64,000 nt of DNA from Dehalococcoidia bacterium (lineage in GTDB: Bacteria > Chloroflexota > Dehalococcoidia > Plut-88900): contig CBDFLQ010000006.1 of NCBI GenBank assembly GCA_965249275.1, forward strand, positions 800,001 through 864,000. The letters run 5' to 3'. The position numbers and the translations under genes are program-made. The notes below the pieces were generated by a model. That model saw only the letters and a list, made by a program, of their open reading frames with translations, searched no databases and was not told where the DNA came from. Shown here one piece after another: positions 10,374 to 18,202 of the stretch; within the stretch, counting starts at the first letter, position 1; every line of letters begins with the position of its first letter.

Positions 10374-11132
10374 CTAGTACGCGGAGCCCAGATATTCGTC
10401 TATGACTGCGGAAACCACGTCGAAGGCGCGTGCCCCGACGAACTTGGTCATCTGATCGCTGCTCAGGATGAAGATAGTTGGCTGCGTGGTTACGCCATCC
10501 TCTCGAGCCTGAGCCAAGTCCCCGTCGACAATGTGCTCATAGGTCTCGTTTTCCATGCAGGCGGTGAACTTGGGAATGTCCAAGCCGATGGTATTGGCAC
10601 GAGCTATTTGCCCCTGGACGCCTATCTCCCTGGTCCGCTCCTGGAATATCGCGTCGTGATATTTCCAGAATTCACCCTGCTCACCCGCACACTCGGTGCC
10701 TTGAGCCATCAGGCGCGATTCGGGACCCAGGACGGCGTAATGGCGGTATTCCACCTTGACCCTGCCGTCGTCCACGTAGGTCGATTTGATCTCCTGGGCC
10801 GTTCCAAGGGCCCAGCGCCTACAGCCGGGTCATTGGAAGTCACTATAGTCCAAGACGGTGACCGACGCGTCCGCCGAGCCGAGGACATTCCATCCCCTGC
10901 CATCAGGGTCAAGGGTGATCACCGATAAGGCAGTCGGTGTGGCAGCGGGCTGGGCCGTGGGGTCAGGGTCGGCATCCGGTGCGGTAGTAGCAGACGGGGC
11001 CTGGGTGGCAGTGGGGTCGGGAGAATCGGTTGATCCGCCACAGGCCCAAGCAGCCCCAGCGACAAGCGCGCAGAGGAGCAACACCACAGCGGGCGCAACC
11101 GTGCGTCGGCGGAGGAGGGCAGACAAAGTCAA
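10374..11132 (-). CDS. Candidate selenoprotein: DsbA/thioredoxin-fold lipoprotein (DFQ-U-PGC)
   Basis: ORFs 10830..11132 and 10374..10775 share one frame; readthrough of TGA 10830-10832 gives LGSADASVTVLDYSDFQ*PGCRRWALGTAQEIKSTYVDDGRVKVEYRH; ECAGEQ-x2-FW and TQP cis-Pro loop; signal peptide with RRR ending AWAC. Confidence 0.88.
10794..10815 (-). promoter_or_regulatory. Putative SECIS hairpin for UGA at 10830-10832
   Basis: mRNA CUGGGCC-CUUGGAAC-GGCCCAG, perfect 7-bp stem starting +15 after the UGA. Confidence 0.72.
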
Positions 11133-11314
11133 GATGCTTGCTTGTACTGGGTCCTGAGGCAGCGGGTGCAGACCTTCATCCGCTGCCGCTTGCCATTTAT
11201 CATCAGCCGCACGGGGTGAACGTTCGGCCTGTACATCCGGGGCGTGTGCCTTTTGGAGTGGCTTACGTTCCTGCCGAAGCGGGGAATCTTGTTACATATT
11301 TCGCACTTCGCCAA
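11129..11314 (-). CDS. rpmB: 50S ribosomal protein L28 (Zn-ribbon type)
   Basis: AKCEICNK...GRNVSHSKRHT...PNV...VCTRCLRT; probable TTG start at 11314. Confidence 0.95.
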   Translation of the reverse strand: MAKCEICNKIPRFGRNVSHSKRHTPRMYRPNVHPVRLMINGKRQRMKVCTRCLRTQYKQAS

Positions 11315-11360
11315 TTTAATCGCCTTTAGTGTAGAATCAGTATCCAAGACGTTAGCATAA

Positions 11361-13052
11361 ATGCCCCAACTTTACAATCTGAAACCCCTTGCCCGAGCAC
11401 AGATGACCTCCTCCAAGAAGACCAAGAGCGCCCGCCGAGACTCCTGCGTAGATGACGCATCCCCACTCCTCAGGATGTTTGATGCCGCAACCCGCTGGCT
11501 TGAGGCTAACGCGCCTTACGTCGACTCCCTGAACGTCTTTCCAGTCCCCGACGGCGATACAGGCATCAACATGCTCTTTACCCTTCGCGCAGCCTACAAG
11601 GCCGCCAAGGAATGCCCCGACCCCACCCTCGGCCCTCAGGCCCGCGCCCTAGCCTGGGGCGCCCTTATGGAGGCCCGGGGCAACAGCGGGGTTATATTGT
11701 CACAGATTCTCCGAGGATTCGCCGATGGGGTCGACGGGGCCAGTGAGCTGGACGGGCCGACTCTTGCCCGCAGCTTGGCGTTGGCAACCGAGTCCGCGTA
11801 CAAGGGTGTCGAGAGCCCGGTCGAGGGGACGATGTTGACGGTTATCAAGGATACGGCTCGGGCAGCGGAGACCGCGGCCAACGCGGGCAGTAATCTCGAA
11901 GACGTGCTAGGCGACGCAGTCCGGGAGGCCGAGGCATCCGTTCTGCGCACCCCCGACCTCCTTCCCGTACTCAAGGAGGCGGATGTCGTCGATGCCGGCG
12001 GCCAAGGCGTGTTCCTCATCCTGGAAGGAGCATTGAAAGGCCTCACCAACCAACCCCTGGGGGAAGCACCCGCTGCACTGGATGGAGATGCAATTGCCAG
12101 GGTGTCTGTGGTGGGGAGCAGTGAATCCACTGACCAAGTCTACGGCAACTGCACACAGTTCATTATCCGGGGCCAGGGGCTGGACTCGGCGCAAATCAGG
12201 GCGGCGGTCGGCAGGGCCGGCCAGTCGACCGTGGTGGTGGGAGAAAAGGAGCTGGTCCGCGTCCACACACACAGCTTCGCCCCAGATGAGGTTGTAGAGC
12301 TGTGCATGGCCTTCGGGGAGGTGTCCCAGGTCAGCGTTCAGGACATGGACGAGCAGCACGCCGATTGGCTTCGGGCCCCTTCAAGGGAGAGGGCCCCGGC
12401 CATTGGAATCGTTGCCGTAGTGCCTGGGCCCGGGATTGAGGAAGTATTTTCCAGCCTGGGCGTTGGGGCCTTTGTGCCAGGCGGGCAATCGATGAACCCG
12501 AGTGTCGGGCAGATCCTTGAGGCAGTCGAGTCTCTATCTGCTGAGTCGGTCATAGTGCTGCCCAACAACAAGAATGTAGTCCTCACCGCCCGCAAGGCCG
12601 CAGAGGTGTCCTCCAAGCAGGTTAAGGTAGTACCCACAACCAACGTGCCTCAGGGAGTCGCGGGGGTCCTAGCGTTCAACCTGACCGAGCCTTTGGATAA
12701 CAACGTGGAGTCGATGCAGCAGGCGCTGGACGGTGTATACTCGCTGGAGATCTCCAGTGCCGTAAGGTCCACCTCCGTAGACGGAATCCCCGTCCGCAAG
12801 GGAGACGCAATCGGCATCCTTGACGGGGAACTGACCGCAGCGTGCCCCGAACCGGAAGACGTGGTCCGCAAGCTTGCGCCGAGGTTAGAGTCGAGGGAAC
12901 TTTCCCTGGCCACCGTATACTACGGTGAAGGCGTTACGGAAGACCAACAGACGCGGCTAATTAAGGCCTTCGAAGAGGCCGCATCTTTCCTGGAAGTGGA
13001 AATGATCCATGGGGGGCAACCCCACTACCAATTCATTGTTTCGCTGGAATAG
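11361..13052 (+). CDS. DAK2-domain fatty acid kinase subunit A (FakA/YloV-like)
   Basis: LNVFPVPDGDTGINM, ARGNSGVILSQ, GGQSMNPS, GGQPHY; start uncertain; divergent from rpmB. Confidence 0.92.
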   Translation: MPQLYNLKPLARAQMTSSKKTKSARRDSCVDDASPLLRMFDAATRWLEANAPYVDSLNVFPVPDGDTGINMLFTLRAAYKAAKECPDPTLGPQARALAWGALMEARGNSGVILSQILRGFADGVDGASELDGPTLARSLALATESAYKGVESPVEGTMLTVIKDTARAAETAANAGSNLEDVLGDAVREAEASVLRTPDLLPVLKEADVVDAGGQGVFLILEGALKGLTNQPLGEAPAALDGDAIARVSVVGSSESTDQVYGNCTQFIIRGQGLDSAQIRAAVGRAGQSTVVVGEKELVRVHTHSFAPDEVVELCMAFGEVSQVSVQDMDEQHADWLRAPSRERAPAIGIVAVVPGPGIEEVFSSLGVGAFVPGGQSMNPSVGQILEAVESLSAESVIVLPNNKNVVLTARKAAEVSSKQVKVVPTTNVPQGVAGVLAFNLTEPLDNNVESMQQALDGVYSLEISSAVRSTSVDGIPVRKGDAIGILDGELTAACPEPEDVVRKLAPRLESRELSLATVYYGEGVTEDQQTRLIKAFEEAASFLEVEMIHGGQPHYQFIVSLE

Positions 13053-13105
13053 CAGGGGAAGCGAGGCTTTCCCTTGGTTCCAATAAATCAAGGGCAGGGT
13101 AGAAA

Positions 13106-13960
13106 ATGAGCGTAAGAGTCGTTACCGACAGCACCTCCGACCTCCCGCCCGAGATCTGCCGGGAATTGGACATCACCGTCGTGCCCCTGACCGTTAATTT
13201 CGGCGATACGGGGTACAGGGACGGAGTCGACCTGAGCACTGACGAGTTCTACAAAAAGCTCATAGCATCAGACAAGCTGCCAACTACTTCCCAGCCCTCC
13301 GCAGGCGCTTTCGCCGAGGCCTACAAGGAAGTGGCGAAAGACACCGATGAGATACTCTCGATCCATATCTCCGGCAAGCTGAGCCAGACCTACAACTCGG
13401 CCCGGTTGGCTGCGTCTGAGATGGATGGGAGTTGCAATATTCAGGTTGTGGACTCTCTACAGGTGTCCATGGGCCTGGGATGCATAGCCATGGCAGCCGC
13501 CCGGGCCGCGAGGGACGGCGCTTCCATGGAAGACCTGCAACAGCTGGTGTCCAAGATGATGCCGGAGACCCGTACCTTCGCCCTTCTTGAGACTTTAGAG
13601 TACTTGGCGAAGGGTGGCAGGATCGGCAAGGTGCAGGCTTATCTCGGAAACTCTCTCCGACCCCTCGCCATCTTCAAAGTCATACCCATCGTAGAGGTCA
13701 GAGGCGGAGAGGTCCACCCACTCACCCGCGTCCGCACCCGGCAAAAGGGGCTCGACCGGCTCATCACTGAAGCCAGTAGTGCGTCCGACATTACAATGGC
13801 GGGAGTTGCCTACAGCACCAACCGCCAGGAAGCCGAGTCCGTATTGGAGAGCCTGCGACCTCTCGTAAGCCCCGACAACCTCGTTCTCTCCCGATTCGGC
13901 CCGGTCCTCGGCACTCACATTGGGCCCGGTGCGCTGGGCCTGGTATTCACCACGGGCTAG
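13106..13960 (+). CDS. DegV family fatty acid-binding protein (FakB-like)
   Basis: VVTDSTSDL, PTTSQPS, LEYLAKGGRIG, GTHIGPGALG. Confidence 0.93.
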   Translation: MSVRVVTDSTSDLPPEICRELDITVVPLTVNFGDTGYRDGVDLSTDEFYKKLIASDKLPTTSQPSAGAFAEAYKEVAKDTDEILSIHISGKLSQTYNSARLAASEMDGSCNIQVVDSLQVSMGLGCIAMAAARAARDGASMEDLQQLVSKMMPETRTFALLETLEYLAKGGRIGKVQAYLGNSLRPLAIFKVIPIVEVRGGEVHPLTRVRTRQKGLDRLITEASSASDITMAGVAYSTNRQEAESVLESLRPLVSPDNLVLSRFGPVLGTHIGPGALGLVFTTG

Positions 13961-13990
13961 AGAGGTCCTTGACGGCGCAATAGCCGGACC

Positions 13991-16426
13991 ATGCAGCAAG
14001 GACTGGAGACCCTGAAGAAGGTATTGGCATTGGAGCGCCAACGCGGCTTCACCGATAAAGCCGTTGTCGGTGGGCTGGACGCCTTCCTGGACAAGTGGCG
14101 GGTAGACAGTCCGGAGGAATTCTCTCTACCCAACAGCTACGAGCACCTGGAACCGTCGGAGCGCAAGCGTTGGATAGAGGCGACCCTGGCAAAATTATCG
14201 GGATCCCCCACACCGCCCCCGGAACGGCCACCAATCAAGACCAGGGCTAAAACTCCTGCAGCCAAAGCCAAGTCCAGTCAACCAAAGCCAGCTCTCAAAG
14301 AGGAGTCTCCGCAACTCGGCTCTCCGATAACCGCACTCAAGGGAGTCCAGGACGCGACCGCCAAGAGGTTCGCGAAGCTGGGAGTGACGACGGTCAGGGA
14401 CCTTATCTACCACTTCCCCAACCGGCACCTGGACTTCCGCACCACCAGCCCCATTGCCAACCTGGTCCCGGGCGAAGACCAGACGGCCACGGGATTCATT
14501 TGGGAGGCTTCTCTGGTCAGGCTCGGGCCCCGGGCCCAGGGAACCGAGGTGATCATCGGGGACGACACCGGCAACATCAAGGCCGTCTGGTTCAACAACA
14601 CCTGGTTGGCCCGATCCCTGAAACCGAACCAGCGCATCGCAGTTGGGGGCAAGGTGAAGGTATTCCGAGGCCGGAAGGTCTTCGAGAACCCTGAGCATGA
14701 AATAATTTCGGAGAATAACCGCACTCATACGGGCCGCATGGTGCCCATCTACCCGCTCACCGACGGCCTTTACCAAAGGTCCGTCCGAAACCTTGTCCGC
14801 CGAGCCCTCGATTTTACCCTGCGCAAGGCGTCCGAAGTCCTGCATGAGGACCTCATACGCCGCCGAGACTTACTCGGCATTCGAGAGGCGATAGCCCAGG
14901 CCCACTACCCCGACGACGAAGAGTCAAAGGAGACGGCGCGTACACGCCTCGCCTTCGACGAGCTCTTCCTCATTCAGCTGCGCGTCCTGGCAAAAAAGCG
15001 AGATTGGCAACTCGGCCAAGAGGCCAGACCGATTCCCATAAACTCCGCCCTTACCCAAAGCTTCGTGGATTCCCTGCCATTCCCTCTGACCAAGGCCCAG
15101 TCAAGCGCCCTGGAGCAGGTCACCGGGGACATGCAAGGCCCCCGGCCCATGGCCCGTCTTCTGCAGGGTGACGTCGGGAGCGGGAAGACCGTTGTAGCTA
15201 CGGGCGCATTGCTACAGGCCGTGGCCAACGGGGCCCAGGGTGCGATCATGGTCCCCACGGAGATACTCGCAGAGCAGCACTTCCGCACCATTTGCGGGCT
15301 GCTGGGTAAGGAGCCGGGTCTCGGGTGGGGAAACGAAGTGGTCCAGTCCTTTGACTCGTTTTTCGATAGGCCAATCAGAGTCGGGCTTCTCATCGGGGAC
15401 ATCAGGCAAGGAGCCAAGCGGGAAGTGCACAGGATGATCGAGGAGGGCCACATAGACATAGTGGTCGGGACTCAGGCCCTGATCCAGAAGAGGGTCGAGT
15501 TTAGGGACCTGGCCCTCATCGTCGTCGACGAGCAGCACCGATTCGGGGTAATGCAACGCGCCGCCCTCCGACAGAAGGGCGCGAGCCCTCACCTCCTGGT
15601 CATGACTGCCACTCCCATCCCCCGCACCCTCGCGCTAACCCTATACGGCGATCTCGACCTGACTATACTCGACGAGATGCCCCCCGGCAGGCTCCCGATA
15701 GAGACCAAATGGGTCAAGCCCCACCAGAGGAACCTAGCTTACGACTTTGTGAGGCAGCAGGTGCAGAAGGGACGGCAGGCGTTTGTCATCTGTCCATTGG
15801 TCGAGGAGTCGGAGGCGCTCCAGACCCGCGCCGCGACCAAGGAGTACGAGTGGCTGTCCGAGGACGTATTTCGGGAACTTCGCCTTGGATTGCTTCACGG
15901 CCGCATGAACCCAGCCGACAAGGACGAGGTCATGGATTCTTTTCGTCGGGGTGAACTGGACATACTTGTCTCGACTGCCGTTGTAGAGGTCGGGATCGAC
16001 GTGCCGAATGCCTCGGTGATGATGATAGAGGGCGCTGAACGTTTCGGATTGTCCCAGTTGCACCAGTTCCGGGGCCGCGTAGGTCGGGGCCCCGACCAGA
16101 GCTATTGCCTGCTCCTGTCCGATCAGCCTTCTGAAGAGGCCCGAGAGCGTCTCGATCTTATGACCAGGACCCTCGATGGCTTCGTGCTTGCCGAGGAGGA
16201 CCTCCGCCTGCGGGGCCCAGGCGAGTTCTTCGGCACGCGTCAAAGCGGCCTCCCCGATCTCCGCATGGCCCGCTTGAGCGACACCGCTCTACTGGAGATG
16301 GCCAGGCTGGAAGCCGAGCAGGCTATGGGTCGGGACCCGTACCTGGAGCTGCCCGAGCACAAGACGCTGGCGGCCGAACTGGAGCGGCTCGGGCCTACGT
16401 GGGCCATTGGCGGGACCGAGGCTTAG
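13991..16426 (+). CDS. recG: ATP-dependent DNA helicase RecG
   Basis: LLQGDVGSGKT, DEQHRFG, MTATPIPRTL, QLHQFRGRVGRG, RGPGEFFGTRQSG. Confidence 0.97.
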   Translation: MQQGLETLKKVLALERQRGFTDKAVVGGLDAFLDKWRVDSPEEFSLPNSYEHLEPSERKRWIEATLAKLSGSPTPPPERPPIKTRAKTPAAKAKSSQPKPALKEESPQLGSPITALKGVQDATAKRFAKLGVTTVRDLIYHFPNRHLDFRTTSPIANLVPGEDQTATGFIWEASLVRLGPRAQGTEVIIGDDTGNIKAVWFNNTWLARSLKPNQRIAVGGKVKVFRGRKVFENPEHEIISENNRTHTGRMVPIYPLTDGLYQRSVRNLVRRALDFTLRKASEVLHEDLIRRRDLLGIREAIAQAHYPDDEESKETARTRLAFDELFLIQLRVLAKKRDWQLGQEARPIPINSALTQSFVDSLPFPLTKAQSSALEQVTGDMQGPRPMARLLQGDVGSGKTVVATGALLQAVANGAQGAIMVPTEILAEQHFRTICGLLGKEPGLGWGNEVVQSFDSFFDRPIRVGLLIGDIRQGAKREVHRMIEEGHIDIVVGTQALIQKRVEFRDLALIVVDEQHRFGVMQRAALRQKGASPHLLVMTATPIPRTLALTLYGDLDLTILDEMPPGRLPIETKWVKPHQRNLAYDFVRQQVQKGRQAFVICPLVEESEALQTRAATKEYEWLSEDVFRELRLGLLHGRMNPADKDEVMDSFRRGELDILVSTAVVEVGIDVPNASVMMIEGAERFGLSQLHQFRGRVGRGPDQSYCLLLSDQPSEEARERLDLMTRTLDGFVLAEEDLRLRGPGEFFGTRQSGLPDLRMARLSDTALLEMARLEAEQAMGRDPYLELPEHKTLAAELERLGPTWAIGGTEA

Positions 16427-16464
16427 GGTATAATCTCGGTTTCCTAGCAGCAGAGGCGGCTCGA

Positions 16465-18126
16465 ATGACTATCAGAGACAAAATAGACGCGATGATCAGA
16501 AAGGCCTCCCAGAAGGCCCAGGACAAGGGTGTCCTGCCCCAGATCATACTCCCGGAAACTGTCGTTGAAAGACCCCAAAAGCCAGAGCACGGCGACTATG
16601 CCGTCACTGCTCCACTGAAGCTGGCACGGGGTGCGGGCATGAGCCCGCTGGTTATCGCACAGCACCTCCTAGACAATCTCGATTCCTCGGAGGAGATAGA
16701 GAGCGTGACCCTGGCCCGGCCGGGATTCATCAACTTTCTGCTGAAAGCAAACTGGCTGAAGGCCCAGATCGACGCCATAGTCGAAGCTGGGGACTCATAC
16801 GGGAACATTGACGCAGGGCGAGGGGCCCGGGTGCAGGTGGAGTACGTCAGCGTCAATCCCACGGGACCGCTTCACGTGGGGCACGGGCGGGGGGCGGTGC
16901 TCGGGAGTGCGCTTGCCCGAATACTGCAGGCCGCCGGCAGCTCTGTCGAGCAGGAATACTACATCAACGACGCCGGCACCCAGATGACCCTCTTCTACCG
17001 CTCCCTCTATGCCCGCTACCTCCAGGAGTTCGGCCTTGAAGCAGAAATGCCCTCGGGCGGATACGTTGGCGCATACGTCATAGATCTCGCCAAGGAATTG
17101 ATTTCCGAAGAAGGCGACAAGTTCCGCAACATGGACGAGGCGGACGCCGTACGGGAGTTGGGAGTGCTGGGCCTGCGGAAGATGCTGGACTCCATACGGA
17201 CGGACCTTGAAGAAGTCGGGGTCCACCACGACGTCTGGTTTAGCGAGCAGAGCCTCTTCGACTCGGGGCGGTACGGAGAAACGATGGAAAAGCTCGCCTC
17301 CGCAGGCCATACCCGGGACAAGGATGGCGCAACGTGGTTCGTCTCCACCGCTCTCGGCGAGGACAAGGACAACGTTCTCGTCCGGGGAAGCGGCAACCCG
17401 ACCTACTTCGCCTCCGACATCGCCTACCACTACGACAAGTTTGTCACCAGGGGTTTCGACCGTGTGATAAACGTCTGGGGCGCTGACCACCAGGGCCATA
17501 TCTCTCGGATGAAGGCTGCCGTCGGGGCCTTGGGGGTCGACCCTTCGCATCTGGACATTCTCGTGTCTCAGATGGTCAGCCTGAAACGCGGCGGCCAAGT
17601 CGACAAGGTGTCCAAGCGCGGGGGTAATATCGTCACGCTGCGAGAGGTGGTGGAGGAAGTCGGTGCAGACCCATGCCGATTCTTCTTCCTCTCCCGCTCC
17701 CCCGACAGCCAGATGGAGTTCGATCTGGAACTTGCGAAAAGCCAGTCGATCGATAATCCTGCCTACTACCTTCAGTACGCCCACGCCCGTATGTGCAGCA
17801 TCCTTCGCATTGCCGATGAGCGGGGCATCAACTTTTCGGAAGCGGATGTCACGCTGCTGGGCGAAGATTCGGAGATGATGCTGATCAGGCAGATGCTCAA
17901 GCTCCCCGAAACGGTGGAGCTAATAGCCAAGACGCTGGAGCCCCAGCACCTGCCTCACTACTCCCAGGACCTGGCTGCCCTATTCCATTCCTTCTACGAA
18001 AAGTGCCGTGTCCTCGGCGAGGATCTCCCGCTTTCTCAGGCTCGGCTCAAGCTGGTTTCCGCCTCCCGGACCGTTCTGGCTCGGTGCCTGGACCTGATGG
18101 GAATGTCGGCGCCCGAGCAGATGTAG
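16465..18126 (+). CDS. argS: Arginine--tRNA ligase
   Basis: SVNPTGPLHVGHGRG, WGADHQG, SKRGG, YLQYAHAR, APEQM C-terminus; ATG at 16465 downstream of TATAAT (16429-16434). Confidence 0.97.
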   Translation: MTIRDKIDAMIRKASQKAQDKGVLPQIILPETVVERPQKPEHGDYAVTAPLKLARGAGMSPLVIAQHLLDNLDSSEEIESVTLARPGFINFLLKANWLKAQIDAIVEAGDSYGNIDAGRGARVQVEYVSVNPTGPLHVGHGRGAVLGSALARILQAAGSSVEQEYYINDAGTQMTLFYRSLYARYLQEFGLEAEMPSGGYVGAYVIDLAKELISEEGDKFRNMDEADAVRELGVLGLRKMLDSIRTDLEEVGVHHDVWFSEQSLFDSGRYGETMEKLASAGHTRDKDGATWFVSTALGEDKDNVLVRGSGNPTYFASDIAYHYDKFVTRGFDRVINVWGADHQGHISRMKAAVGALGVDPSHLDILVSQMVSLKRGGQVDKVSKRGGNIVTLREVVEEVGADPCRFFFLSRSPDSQMEFDLELAKSQSIDNPAYYLQYAHARMCSILRIADERGINFSEADVTLLGEDSEMMLIRQMLKLPETVELIAKTLEPQHLPHYSQDLAALFHSFYEKCRVLGEDLPLSQARLKLVSASRTVLARCLDLMGMSAPEQM

Positions 18127-18202
18127 TTCCGAGGGAGTGGGGGAGTTGGGGGCAAGGACTCCATAGACCTGTAGGCAGGCAAGCGGTTGCCGGAAAGACG
18201 AG

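Noticed and set aside
8824-11132. Treating the DsbA fragments as pseudogenes or as evidence for genetic code 4/25
   Set aside because: All three stops are TGA at the homologous catalytic Cys with a shared downstream hairpin and no other lesions; rny, trpS, argH and rpmB end normally in TGA
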